Positions 48,118-58,354 of a stretch of DNA of 64,000 nt are shown here, in pieces (the stretch's first letter is position 1; each line of letters begins with the position of its first letter). The DNA lies in contig JAYUQG010000005.1 in assembly GCA_043756865.1 (NCBI GenBank), positions 40,614 through 104,613 on the forward strand, written 5' to 3'. A model generated the notes under the pieces. It searched no databases. It saw nothing but the letters and a program-made list of their open reading frames with translations, and had not been told where the DNA came from. Position numbers and translations under genes: made by a program. This stretch comes from a bacterium. Its GTDB lineage: Bacteria; Patescibacteriota; Minisyncoccia; Phycocordibacterales; UBA6899.

Positions 48118-48447
48118 ATGAAAAAACTATACATTCTCACGCTTGCTGCTCTTGTCTTTTTGGGAGTAGTCGGAGTAGCACAAGCGGTTAACCTATCAAG
48201 TATCACAGAGACACGAGAGACTGAAGATACTATTGCTGGTGACGCACATACAGCGGCATTGCATGCCGCACTCCTCTACACACAAGGTGGGCGTGTCACT
48301 GATACTGAAGTTGATGATGAAGAAAGCTATTATGAAGTCGAGGTAACACTCGACAATGGCGATGAGGTAGACGTGCAACTCAACGAGGAATTTGAAGTAG
48401 TAGGAGACAAGCGAGAAAGTCAAGCAGAGGTAGGCCGACAAAACTAA
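48118..48447 (+). CDS. Secreted PepSY-domain protein
   Basis: Signal peptide; GGRVTDTEVDDEESYYEVEVTLDNGDEVDVQL. Confidence 0.85.
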   Translation: MKKLYILTLAALVFLGVVGVAQAVNLSSITETRETEDTIAGDAHTAALHAALLYTQGGRVTDTEVDDEESYYEVEVTLDNGDEVDVQLNEEFEVVGDKRESQAEVGRQN

Positions 48448-48548
48448 CATTCCCACAGTGACTCATTTTTGTGAGTCACTTTACGCTACAAGTGAATTCT
48501 GCTTTAGCAGTTTGGTAGAATTCCCCCTTGGAATATAAAATAATCAAT

Positions 48549-50597
48549 ATGAAACAACAACATATCATACTCGGTGCTTGTGTGGTGCTTATGGCGATCG
48601 TCGCATTTTATGCAGTAAGCATGGATCAGAACGGTGAAAAGCAAAATATGGACACAACCAAAGGTGGATATATTCCTCAGCCCGACCTTTCACAAACTGA
48701 ACTGAAGGGGCTTCCTGTTGCATCAGTCGAAAAACGCGTTGACCTCAAAGTGCCGATATTTTCTAATCCAACAATTATCACCCATCCGCTTTTCCCAGTG
48801 AATAACCTTTCTCATGCTATCCTACTGGGAAATGACGACGGGAGACCACTGCAAGTCGTTTACACACTGCTTCCTGAAAGTATGAATAAAACCATCGATT
48901 GGAATGGTCAGAAAATTGAGACGCGTACTGTCCAGTACCTTGCTTATTTTGACCGTCGACTTATTGAGTCAGCCTATGATTGGTATGCACAAGCTGATGA
49001 TGGCTCGGTGTGGTACTTCGGCGAAGTGGTGACAAATTATGCAGACGGAAAGGTGACGGATAATCATGGAACGTGGCTGGCCGAAAAGGATGGACCCATC
49101 GCGATGATTATGCCCGCTGATCCAAAGGTGGGTGATGTGTACCGCGTGGAGAATATCCCTGGCGTAGCTTTTGAGGAAGTTGAAGTGAAGTCTATGAACA
49201 CGACAGCCGTTGGACCCCTCGGGGAAGTTCGGGGTTGTATGGTTGGATCACAACTTCATGATAACGGGAGCTATTCGGACAAGACTTTCTGTCCAGGGTA
49301 TGGTGAATTTTTTACTCAAAAAGATCTTGATCTTGAAGCTGTGGCACTAGCACTTCCGGTAGATGCCCTTGCAAAGCAAGCACCTGCTGAGCTTGCGACA
49401 ATGATGTCGAGCGCACTTCTTATTCATGATTCGGCACTCAACAATGACTGGAATGTGGTAGCAAGGGAACTTTCATCTCTCAAGGTGGCATGGAATGCTC
49501 TCCAGAAAAACCCTGATGGAGTTTCAGTGAGACTGGGGGCGCAAATGGAACGCGCCATAGAATCCCTTGAAGGCGATGCGCTAGAGCCGGGGGCCTTAGC
49601 TCGTTATACGATCGGAACACAGAACGGAGCTCTCGATGTAGCTTTTGCCGCACTCGACCTTGAAAGACGTTATCGTGCCACTGCAGAGATTGAATTGGCA
49701 AGTATTACTCTATGGGCTCGGAAAACGATAATAGATGCTAATGCACTCGAGCAAGGTTTTGTTCTTAGTGATGCACGCGCCTTCGAATTCTTAATTGAGC
49801 GTGTTAAGGAGAAATTATCAAAGGGTGATGCTGACCAACTCGAAATACTTGTGAAACAATTAGCAACTGCTGCAGACAAAGAAGACTTCAAAAAAATAAA
49901 GTCCATTGCGAGTCAACTCGCCACACATCAATATCGCGTAATTTCCCAAGGCCAATTATCTGAACAATATGATCCAAAAATAATTCCTGCAGATTTTTCG
50001 ACCCAGATCACCAACAAGTATTTTTCGTTGCCGATCGGAAAGAAGATGGTTTATGAGGCAAGGACAGAAGAAGGGAAGTTGGAAAGAGTCGAGATCAGTA
50101 TACTCAATGAAACAAAAATAATTGAAGGAGTCGCGACGATCATTTATTTAGATAGGGTATATAACGATGGTCAGCTCGTTGAAGAAACCCGAGATTACTT
50201 GGCACAGCACAAGAATGGCGATGTGTGGTACTTCGGTGAAGAAGTGGACAACTATGAGAATGGAAAACTCAAGGATCACCACGGAAGTTTTATTCATGGC
50301 AAGAATGGGGCAAAAGCAGGCATATGGATGAAGGCTAGCCAGAAGGTAGGGGATACATATCGCCAAGAATACTTTAAGGGAGAAGCAGAGGATGTCCGTG
50401 ACACAGTGGTGACCGGTTTGACCGTTGTGACAAAAAAGGCGACGTACGTTGACTGCGTTAAGGTTTATGATTGGACTCCCCTCGACCTCAAATCGCGTGA
50501 ACATAAATACTATTGTAGTGAGGTGGGTGGACTCGTCCTTAATGAGCACCTTGAGACTGGTAAGCGGTCAGAGCTTGTGAGTGTAACGATGCCATAA
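48549..50597 (+). CDS. Membrane-anchored protein with two homologous extracellular domains
   Basis: Duplicated ITHPLFP/ITNKYFSL, DWYAQADDGSVWYFGE/DYLAQHKNGDVWYFGE and VGDVYR/VGDTYR motifs separated by a helical region. Confidence 0.85.
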   Translation: MKQQHIILGACVVLMAIVAFYAVSMDQNGEKQNMDTTKGGYIPQPDLSQTELKGLPVASVEKRVDLKVPIFSNPTIITHPLFPVNNLSHAILLGNDDGRPLQVVYTLLPESMNKTIDWNGQKIETRTVQYLAYFDRRLIESAYDWYAQADDGSVWYFGEVVTNYADGKVTDNHGTWLAEKDGPIAMIMPADPKVGDVYRVENIPGVAFEEVEVKSMNTTAVGPLGEVRGCMVGSQLHDNGSYSDKTFCPGYGEFFTQKDLDLEAVALALPVDALAKQAPAELATMMSSALLIHDSALNNDWNVVARELSSLKVAWNALQKNPDGVSVRLGAQMERAIESLEGDALEPGALARYTIGTQNGALDVAFAALDLERRYRATAEIELASITLWARKTIIDANALEQGFVLSDARAFEFLIERVKEKLSKGDADQLEILVKQLATAADKEDFKKIKSIASQLATHQYRVISQGQLSEQYDPKIIPADFSTQITNKYFSLPIGKKMVYEARTEEGKLERVEISILNETKIIEGVATIIYLDRVYNDGQLVEETRDYLAQHKNGDVWYFGEEVDNYENGKLKDHHGSFIHGKNGAKAGIWMKASQKVGDTYRQEYFKGEAEDVRDTVVTGLTVVTKKATYVDCVKVYDWTPLDLKSREHKYYCSEVGGLVLNEHLETGKRSELVSVTMP

Positions 50598-50835
50598 GGA
50601 GCTCGACTCCCGTAAGGAAGCAAAGCAATTTGCTGTTCTCGGAAACATTACACAAAAACTCCTAATGGAGTTTTTGTGCTATCTCCGTTTGGCGTGTTCG
50701 TATTCAGAGAGTAAACTCATTTTTCAACCATCCTTGGTGCGTTGTCTTTTATTTTCACGCTGGCTGTGCTGAATGTCACGGACATCGTTAAGCAACCTCC
50801 TTTCAAAACGTAGTGAGCTGAAAATGGAGGTGCTC

Positions 50836-51432
50836 TTATCCGCCTTCTTTCACGGTTTGTCTGCGTGACACAAGCATAAGTACGAAAGCGAGATTTGCGA
50901 GAACTAAGGAAGCCGGATAGAGCGCGGTTGTCCATGTAAAACTTTCAAGCGCAAACATGGCAACGACGAACTTCAAGCCGGAAAGTGTGTATGTCCAGCC
51001 GTTTTCCGTTTCGGGGCTGAAATATGCTTTACGAAAAGTCGGCGCGAACGCCGCGGCGTCAACAATCGTGATAATGATGACCGACCAGAGTGGATTGCCG
51101 CTGAAGTACCAAATCGGGATAGTGAGCAGTGACGCAATGAAAAATATCCAGTCGCTTTTGGCGATGAGTATTCGAGACGACGCGCCTAATCCGACTAGCG
51201 CGAAGCCGAAACTGCAGAGCGCCGTAACACCCGTCACCCACGCACCCGCGCCTCCGCCATCGGCGATCTGCGCTACGAACGCTATCGCGGTCAAAATACC
51301 CCACACGAACCAACTGAAAGCGTGTGGTTTGACTTTGCCCTGCAAAATCCCGCGTACATAAAATACATACCCAAACAGACCGAGCGCGACAGCGATACCG
51401 CCGAGGATTTCATGCGTTGTAAATACGTCCAT
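50836..51432 (-). CDS. Multi-TM hypothetical membrane protein
   Basis: About 7 hydrophobic helices with KPHAFSWFVW and PTFRKAY..PETE; flanked by copies of one hairpin. Confidence 0.75.
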   Translation of the reverse strand: MDVFTTHEILGGIAVALGLFGYVFYVRGILQGKVKPHAFSWFVWGILTAIAFVAQIADGGGAGAWVTGVTALCSFGFALVGLGASSRILIAKSDWIFFIASLLTIPIWYFSGNPLWSVIIITIVDAAAFAPTFRKAYFSPETENGWTYTLSGLKFVVAMFALESFTWTTALYPASLVLANLAFVLMLVSRRQTVKEGG

Positions 51433-51603
51433 GTCAGTAGTATATGCTACTTTTCTTTTCCCTGCGTATGCTATCAGCAACGCCTCCGACTCCAACTTTT
51501 CCAAACTGTGGATTTCTATCGCGACCTGTAAAAACTGCTTATCATTTTTCGTATTAGTATTTTAGCAGTCATCTGTTGCACAAATCAAAACTTCCTTTCC
51601 ATA

Positions 51604-52282
51604 CATAGCACAAAAACTCCTTCGGGAGTTTTTGTGCTATGTGTTGAGGGCAGGAGGTTCGACCCTTACGGGGTCAGTACCCCTTTCCCATCTTGTCGCA
51701 CTTTCTGAAAAGTACGACAAGATACGGGAGAAGGGCTTCGACTCCCACCACGAAAGCCAATCAGTATGTCGGGGTGGAGTCTCGGCTGCCGCCGCGGGTG
51801 GATTTCGATTTCGGGGTACCACAAGGGCATTTCCATTTTTCTAGAGGAATACCTCTAAGTAAAATTGGTCACTCAATAACGAAATCCCTTTCGACTTCCG
51901 TACGCAGGCAAGCATTTGCCTGCTCCCGGGCACGTCATTCCATGGTCACGAGTTTCTAAATCTTTTGTTGCTGAGACGCACAAAAGCTTAAGAACTCTCG
52001 ACCCCACCTCGCGGTTTCTGAAAAGTCTGGAAGACAACTTTTCAAAAACATTGCTGTGGTTCACAAACGCTAAAACTCTCCCGCAGGGGAGAGTTTCTCG
52101 ACGCGTTTGTGCCCGGGGCGGGAGATTCGACCCTTACAGGGTCAGTACCCCTTTCCCATTTATTCTGGATAAGAATCCTTCATAAATATGGGAGAAGGGC
52201 TTCGACTCCCACCTCGAAAGCCAAGCAGTTGGCTTTCTCCGGCACTTAACACAAAAACTCCCAAAGGAGTTTTTGTGTTAAG
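51604..52282. repeat. Tandemly iterated tRNA-Leu(TAA) downstream repeat units
   Basis: Scaffold TCGACCCTTACRGGGTCAGTACCCCTTTCCCAT at 51659 and 52127. Hairpin CACAAAAACTCC-N4-GGAGTTTTTGTG at ~51608 and ~52250 (also ~50651). Direct tRNA 3' copy at ~52110-52123. Confidence 0.88.
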
Positions 52283-52363
52283 TGCCCGGGGCGGGAGTCG
52301 AACCCGCATGCCTTTCGACGGGAGATTTTAAGTCTCCTGTGTATACCATTTCACCACCCGGGC
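52283..52363 (-). tRNA. tRNA-Leu(TAA)
   Basis: Anticodon arm GGAGA-CTTAAAA-TCTCC, variable arm and GGTTCGACTCC. Confidence 0.96.
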
Positions 52364-52474
52364 GTGGAATTACTATAATCTTTTTTTGAACGATGAGGAA
52401 GAAGCATGCTTGCACTTCACGGCATCACGCGCTAGCGTAAAGGAAGTAAACCTTGAGTACTGAAAGGAAGTGCT

Positions 52475-52846
52475 ATGTGTCGCCTTTTTATGCTCCCCGT
52501 TCTCTGCTTCGTTTTTTTAACGACTGCATCTGCAGACGGCCTACAATCCGCAGGGTATGTGGGGCATCTAAGCCATAAATCCGAAATTTTTGTACGCGAT
52601 ATTCCCTACACGCATGAGAGAAATCAACACAAGTATCCTGAAGTGACTGCATTTGCTCGACAGTTTGATGAGCAAGGCAGAAGCAAGAGTGTGGAATTCG
52701 CGTTCGCGCGGAGATTCGACCGACCACGTGTGCAGCAATTCGCCCCACTTCCAGTTGATACGGGGAAACTTTCACTCAAAATTGTTCGCGACGGCTACAC
52801 CATCAAGTTTCGACGAAACAGCGTGAGTGTCATTTACGTTTTTTGA
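52475..52846 (+). CDS. Secreted orphan protein between two tRNAs
   Basis: AAGGA SD, signal peptide ending ASA and a terminator-like hairpin after the stop. Confidence 0.6.
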   Translation: MCRLFMLPVLCFVFLTTASADGLQSAGYVGHLSHKSEIFVRDIPYTHERNQHKYPEVTAFARQFDEQGRSKSVEFAFARRFDRPRVQQFAPLPVDTGKLSLKIVRDGYTIKFRRNSVSVIYVF

Positions 52847-52873
52847 ACCTCCTTTTCAGGGGGTTTTATATTG

Positions 52874-52945
52874 AGGCGTAGACCGGAATCGAACCGGTGC
52901 ATGGCAGTTTTGCAGACTGCAGTGTTACCACTTCACCACTACGCC
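52874..52945 (-). tRNA. tRNA-Cys(GCA)
   Basis: Anticodon arm GCAGT-CTGCAAA-ACTGC, U73 discriminator and GGTTCGATTCC. Confidence 0.96.
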
Positions 52946-53109
52946 ATTTGAAAATATTAGCACAAACCTTGGCTCAACTTGAGCACTTAACCGCAAACAC
53001 AATGTGGGAACATGAAGTGTTACTCGAGATCGACCTCGAAGGTATTGCGGAGAGGGCGAGTTGTGCATTGCGTCCGCGGGGGCGGACACTACTTCGAGAA
53101 AGCCAACCA

Positions 53110-53157
53110 TGGCGTCTGGCTTTGCAGACTTGGCTTACCACTTCACCACTACGCCAT
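53110..53157 (-). pseudogene. Partial duplicate of the tRNA-Cys 5' half
   Basis: 23-bp identity TTACCACTTCACCACTACGCCAT plus the anticodon segment TTTGCAGACT; no T arm. Confidence 0.75.
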
Positions 53158-53179
53158 GTGGGACAATATAACAGCTTTT

Positions 53180-53524
53180 CTACTCCACTTCCAGTTTTTT
53201 TGCCTCTTCGGTCAGCTCATCAATACGTTGACGGTTTTGCTCCCCGATATCTGGAATAAACTTAATAAGGGGGAGAATACGAATGCGACTGTTCTTTTTG
53301 ATGTATTCCTTGAACTCATGAGTCATGCGGTTCGCAAAAATTAGCGCCGCCTTTTGCTTTTCTTCAGGCAGTACCGAAAGCATAATATCGATCCGATGGA
53401 GATCATCCGAAAGCATTACCCGTGTGACGGTTATCAAGGATGTTCTATTGGATTGACGTGAGAGAAAGTCAGCAGCGAGGTCTTTGAGCATAAGCTCCTC
53501 GCGACCATGTTTGAGCTTATTCAT
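53180..53524 (-). CDS. rbfA: Ribosome-binding factor A
   Basis: ITVTRVMLSDDL and PLIKFIPD; directly downstream of infB. Confidence 0.88.
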   Translation of the reverse strand: MNKLKHGREELMLKDLAADFLSRQSNRTSLITVTRVMLSDDLHRIDIMLSVLPEEKQKAALIFANRMTHEFKEYIKKNSRIRILPLIKFIPDIGEQNRQRIDELTEEAKKLEVE

Positions 53525-53525
53525 G

Positions 53526-55031
53526 TTACTGCTTTCTTACGGTGATGTAGGGTATCAAGACATCCCTTTCTGCTAAAGTAAACTTCGATTCAACTTGGAG
53601 TCCGCATTCGTTACCCTCGATAACCTCGTCAACTTTTATCTTTTGTGACTGTAGCTCAGTTATTCTGCCTTCACCGATATACGCATCGCGACGCATGATT
53701 TTGAATCGCGCTCCTGCGGTTATCTTTCCTGCGAGGACTTTGCCACCGATGACCTGCTTTTCTTTTTGCTGACTGAAATAGCGGATGATACGAAATTGAC
53801 CTAATTCCTCTTCCATTTCAATGTGTGGCGCACGCGTAAGCATTTCTGCTTGGAGCCATTCGGTGAGTTTGTAGATGATGTCAAACGTGTGGATGGTTAT
53901 GTTTGAACGTGAGGCTAAATCTTGAGCTAGAGAATCTGCTTTGGTGTGAAATGCCAACACGATAGGGGACGAGGCACCAATTGCAACCTTTATGTCGTTT
54001 TCGGATATAGAACCTACACCCTTTTGAATAAGCTTGAACTTTATACGCTCGTGTTTGAGCTTTTCAAGCTCGTGCTCAATTGCTTCGAGGGTGCCCGCAA
54101 CGTCAGTGCGGAGAATGAGCGGGATAACTACGAAGCCTTCGTATGAGACCGGGGCGGGGGCGTTTTTTGCGCTGCTCTTGTTGTACTCAGCGACAGCGGC
54201 CTCGGCACTTTTCTTGTCGGTAAACGATGAAACCTTTGAACCAACCGCGGGGATTTTGTCCCAACCGGTAATGCGAATTGGGGAAGAAAACGTAGCACCA
54301 TCAACTGCTTTGCCGACAAAATTTTCCACCACGCGAACGGGAGCTAGTGCGCCATCGGCCACGACGAACATGCCTTTGGTGATGGTGCCATCTGTAATAA
54401 CCATAGATGCCGTAGTCCCTTTCTTGGGATCCATGCGTGATTCGATAACGACACCTTCAGCATTCTTTGCAGAGTCTCCAGTGAGTTCACCCATTTCCGC
54501 AAGCAAGAGCATCACGTCGAGCAAGTCTGGTATACCCTGACCGGTTTTAGCTGATATAGCCACCCAAGGCACATCGCCACCGTATCCCTCTACATATATC
54601 TCAGCCTCAGCCAGTGTTTGCTTTGTGCGTTCGATATTAGCGTTCGGCTTGTCGATTTTATTGATAGCTACAATGTATGGCACTGCAGCCTCTTTGATTG
54701 AGCGATGTGCTTCAATAGTCTGTGCCTTTACTCCATCTTCAGCAGAAACTACAAGTACGGCAATGTCGGCAACTTTCGCACCCCTTCCGCGCATGCCTCT
54801 AAACGCTTCATGGCCAGGGGTATCGAGAAAAGTAATGCGTCGCTCCTCTCCCTTGTCGTTCTTGTGAACTGCTTCATATGCGGAAATATGTTGTGTAATG
54901 CCACCAGCCTCAGTTGCAACGACGTTTGTTTTTCTAATATAGTCTAAAAGCGTCGACTTTCCGTGGTCGATGTGTCCCATAATAGCAACGATGGGGGGGC
55001 GCGGAGTGATTTTTTGCGGTTTCGTAGCCAT
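53526..55031 (-). CDS. infB: Translation initiation factor IF-2 (short form)
   Basis: MGHIDHGKST, EAGGITQHI, DTPGHEAF and NKID. Confidence 0.98.
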   Translation of the reverse strand: MATKPQKITPRPPIVAIMGHIDHGKSTLLDYIRKTNVVATEAGGITQHISAYEAVHKNDKGEERRITFLDTPGHEAFRGMRGRGAKVADIAVLVVSAEDGVKAQTIEAHRSIKEAAVPYIVAINKIDKPNANIERTKQTLAEAEIYVEGYGGDVPWVAISAKTGQGIPDLLDVMLLLAEMGELTGDSAKNAEGVVIESRMDPKKGTTASMVITDGTITKGMFVVADGALAPVRVVENFVGKAVDGATFSSPIRITGWDKIPAVGSKVSSFTDKKSAEAAVAEYNKSSAKNAPAPVSYEGFVVIPLILRTDVAGTLEAIEHELEKLKHERIKFKLIQKGVGSISENDIKVAIGASSPIVLAFHTKADSLAQDLASRSNITIHTFDIIYKLTEWLQAEMLTRAPHIEMEEELGQFRIIRYFSQQKEKQVIGGKVLAGKITAGARFKIMRRDAYIGEGRITELQSQKIKVDEVIEGNECGLQVESKFTLAERDVLIPYITVRKQ

Positions 55032-55106
55032 ATCGAAAGATATGAGGATACTAACACGCAGTTAAGTCGCTGTCCATAAATTACGGCTTCGTTGAGCGCG
55101 CTTCGG

Positions 55107-55550
55107 TTATTTCAGTACTTCGCTTTCCTCTGCCGTTAGTTCAAATTCGGAGGTGCGATGCTTTATTGGTTTGGCAAAAATACTCACTTTTTCGCGTGAA
55201 TAAAGAGTCGAGATAACAACGCCGTCACCGTTCTCGTCTAAAAGTGCGCTCGCAAAGCTCTGGTTGCCGCCGCTTCCTGTGCCAGCAAATGGGTTAAAAC
55301 GAACTGTTTTCACCCCATGGAGCTTCTTCTTCATTCGCGCATCGATTGATGTAAGTGCTTGACTAATTTCACGATGCTCAGCAAATAGGGTTACAATAGA
55401 CTTTTGATTTTCGATAATGGTGTCTTCGAGAGAGGGGGTATCTTTTCCCGACATGAGTCTGTCCATGCGTTTTTCCAACAGCACTATCCAAACAATAAGG
55501 AAAAATATCGCAAAACCTAGTAATATGATAGTGATCACGGCGGAGTCCAT
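55107..55550 (-). CDS. DUF4446-like membrane-anchored protein
   Basis: TM plus coiled coil and RFNPF..GGNQSF..ALLD..GDGVVISTLYSRE. Confidence 0.8.
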   Translation of the reverse strand: MDSAVITIILLGFAIFFLIVWIVLLEKRMDRLMSGKDTPSLEDTIIENQKSIVTLFAEHREISQALTSIDARMKKKLHGVKTVRFNPFAGTGSGGNQSFASALLDENGDGVVISTLYSREKVSIFAKPIKHRTSEFELTAEESEVLK

Positions 55551-55651
55551 ATTTGTTATGATAGCTCACGGGGATTGAATTGCAAATGTAGATGCACCCA
55601 AAATCTTCCCAAGTGTCTGGTGTGCGTATAGTATGTTGGCACAAAAGCATC

Positions 55652-56890
55652 ATGAACTTCACAACACATACACCAGAAAAAAGTAAGCGAGTTTATCTCG
55701 ATTATGCAGCAGCAACCCCTGTTGACCCTGCGGTAATTGACGCCATGTTGCCCTTTTTTGCTCAGGATTTCGGCAACCCTTCGTCTATACACCGAGAAGG
55801 GGTTCACGCAAAACGGGCCTTGGATAATGCGCGCGCGAGTATTGCGGGCGCACTCGCTGCCCACCCTAGTGAAATTATTTTTACCGCGAGTGCGACAGAG
55901 TCCGCACATTTGGCAATCGTGGGCACAATTTCCGCATGGATGCGCACGCACCCAAATTTGCGCCCACATGTAATTGTTTCATCCATTGAGCACGATGCCG
56001 TGCTGAGTGCAGTGCGCACACTCCCGTTTCCTGTTACGGTTTCATATTTACCCACTAACGAGCATGGCATAGTTGACGCCGGAGCGCTGGGGACGCAACT
56101 CCGCGAGGAAACGGTGATCGTATCAGTGATGTACGCAAATAACGAAATTGGGACCATTCAACCGATCAAAGAAATAGCCTCGCAAATTCGACGTTGGAAG
56201 AAAGAGGTGAGAAAAAGCGCCCGTGACACAAAAAAACAGGGCGATGCATACTATCCACTACTGCATACTGATGCATGTCAGGCTACTAACTATTTACCGT
56301 TATCCACCCCGGAACTTGGTGTGGATTTGCTCACACTGAATGCAGCAAAAATTTATGGCCCTAAAGGCGTGGGCGCACTTTTCGTAGGCCGCGGAGTACC
56401 TCTCCTGTCAGTCATCGCGGGTGGCGGACAGGAAAGTGAGAGGCGTGGGGGTACAGAGAATATTCCACTTATTGTTGGTTTTGCACATGCACTACAATTG
56501 ACCCAAGCAAAGAGGGAAAGTGAGGTGTCTCGGCTCTTGCCAATACGCGACAAACTTATTGCACTGCTACAGCAGATTAGCGGTACGAGGATAAATGGTT
56601 CGTTGCAAGACCGATTGCCCAATAATGTGAATTTCTCAGTGCAAAACGTTGATCATGAGTTTTTGACCATTGCACTCGATGCGCGAGGCTTTGCGGTTTC
56701 AACAAAGAGTGCCTGCAACGAACGAGACGCAGAACATTCACACGTACTCGAAGCACTGTGCGCTGCGGGCGGGGGTGGTAGTACTTCCGGCATAAGAGTT
56801 TCACTTGGAAGAACAACTACACTGAGTGACGTGGAGCAATTTGTATGCGCACTCGAGGATATCCTCGCACACCAGATTGTCAGCAGGTAA
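55652..56890 (+). CDS. iscS: Cysteine desulfurase (IscS/NifS family)
   Basis: YLDYAAATP, GNPSS, NNEIGTIQP, PLP lysine in AKIYGPKG and catalytic SAC. Confidence 0.93.
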   Translation: MNFTTHTPEKSKRVYLDYAAATPVDPAVIDAMLPFFAQDFGNPSSIHREGVHAKRALDNARASIAGALAAHPSEIIFTASATESAHLAIVGTISAWMRTHPNLRPHVIVSSIEHDAVLSAVRTLPFPVTVSYLPTNEHGIVDAGALGTQLREETVIVSVMYANNEIGTIQPIKEIASQIRRWKKEVRKSARDTKKQGDAYYPLLHTDACQATNYLPLSTPELGVDLLTLNAAKIYGPKGVGALFVGRGVPLLSVIAGGGQESERRGGTENIPLIVGFAHALQLTQAKRESEVSRLLPIRDKLIALLQQISGTRINGSLQDRLPNNVNFSVQNVDHEFLTIALDARGFAVSTKSACNERDAEHSHVLEALCAAGGGGSTSGIRVSLGRTTTLSDVEQFVCALEDILAHQIVSR

Positions 56891-56913
56891 TTCTCACCGT
56901 ATGATTGTGTCAT

Positions 56914-57654
56914 ATGGACCTCGCGTTAATTCTTGCGTGGGCGGTGGGAGTAACAAGTTTCACACTGCTCGGAAGTCTCTATGCGCGACGCTATGAGCGC
57001 TCGGACTTATTAATCGGACTCTACATTTCCTTTGTATTGACTGCGCAGATTCTCGCTACCAAAATAGCGGTCTTTGACTTGGGGGTCGGATCGTTCACGG
57101 GCCCTGCGGGTGTCCTTGTTTTCTCAGTGACATTTCTCCTGACCGATATTGTAAATGAGCGCTTTGGTCGCAAGGAAACGCAGCGCATGATTGGGATTGC
57201 CCTTGTCGCCCAAATTGCAATGGCATTCTTCTTGTGGGTTGGAGGTCAGTTTGACGCTGCCCCACTATGGAGTGAGCAGGGAAATCGCTGGGATATGGTA
57301 TTTTCGCTCGTCCCGCAAATCACCATTGCATCTTGGTTGGCATTTATGGTTTCTGAAAACATCGATGCCTATATTTATGCTTGGTTCAAGCGCGTGACGC
57401 AGGACCGCCATCTCTGGATGCGTAATATTTTTTCGACACTGCCCGCGCTTGCTATCGATAGTATTATATTTATTCCCATTGCATTCTATGGTGCTACGTG
57501 GGAGCTCATGCTGTTGGCCATACAAGGCCAAATCGTCCTCAAGTGGATTGTCGGCGTGATTAATATTCCGTTCATGTATCTCAACCACGCAATTTTAATC
57601 AAAGGAAAGGACACACCTGATAGAGTATTTTGGGAGGACGCAACTCCGGAATAG
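56914..57654 (+). CDS. Queuosine-precursor transporter (YhhQ/VUT family)
   Basis: FLLTDIVNERFG, ASWLAFMVSE..D, LWMRN..ST and IDSIIF motifs. Confidence 0.88.
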   Translation: MDLALILAWAVGVTSFTLLGSLYARRYERSDLLIGLYISFVLTAQILATKIAVFDLGVGSFTGPAGVLVFSVTFLLTDIVNERFGRKETQRMIGIALVAQIAMAFFLWVGGQFDAAPLWSEQGNRWDMVFSLVPQITIASWLAFMVSENIDAYIYAWFKRVTQDRHLWMRNIFSTLPALAIDSIIFIPIAFYGATWELMLLAIQGQIVLKWIVGVINIPFMYLNHAILIKGKDTPDRVFWEDATPE

Positions 57655-57706
57655 CGCCTATCGTGCTATAATGGACAAACTATATTACCGTTAATACACA
57701 AACACT

Positions 57707-58279
57707 ATGTACACCGCACAAAATTTCTCGTCACTTCATGGCACCCCAGGATTCAGTGAAACCTTACTCAACAACCATTTCACGTTGTATGAGGGATACG
57801 TCAAAAACACAAACACGCTTATCGAGACCCTGCGCAGCGGCAAGCGTGCAGCAGGTACCCCTGAATACAATGAACTCACCCGCCGTTTTGGCTGGGAATG
57901 GAATGGAATGCGATTGCACGAGCTGTATTTTGCAAACTTGAAAAACGGTGGACAGACCACGACTGCGGGTGGCCCACTTGAAGCGTTGTTGACCGCAACG
58001 TGGGGTTCATTCGAAAATTGGAAAAAGGACTTTATGGCAGTGGGTGGAATGCGCGGAATTGGCTGGGCAATTCTTTCATACGACGCAGAGCAAAAAGCCC
58101 TTTTCAATGTGTGGGTCAACGAACACGACGTTGGCAACCTTGCTGGCGCAAAACCACTTTTGATTATGGACGTTTTTGAACATGCTTTTATGATTGATTA
58201 CGGAATCAAGCGTGCGGACTACATCCAGTCATTTATGGGGGCGGTTGACTGGTCGGTAGTTGAGAAGAGACTCGTATAA
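57707..58279 (+). CDS. Fe/Mn superoxide dismutase
   Basis: H..LY.GYV, LHELYF and C-terminal DVFEHAF. Confidence 0.92.
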   Translation: MYTAQNFSSLHGTPGFSETLLNNHFTLYEGYVKNTNTLIETLRSGKRAAGTPEYNELTRRFGWEWNGMRLHELYFANLKNGGQTTTAGGPLEALLTATWGSFENWKKDFMAVGGMRGIGWAILSYDAEQKALFNVWVNEHDVGNLAGAKPLLIMDVFEHAFMIDYGIKRADYIQSFMGAVDWSVVEKRLV

Positions 58280-58354
58280 TTGTCGAGTCATTTGCATTGA
58301 CACAACAAGCCTTCCTGATAGTCTCAGGGAGGCTTTTGCACACAACGGTTAGGA

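Noticed and set aside
11684-52282. CRISPR array interpretation of the repeats
   Set aside because: No regularly spaced identical repeats with unique spacers, and no cas genes.
51604-52363. Prophage or integrative element at tRNA-Leu(TAA)
   Set aside because: No integrase or phage genes, and the repeats include inverted copies, so a simple attL/attR pair is insufficient.
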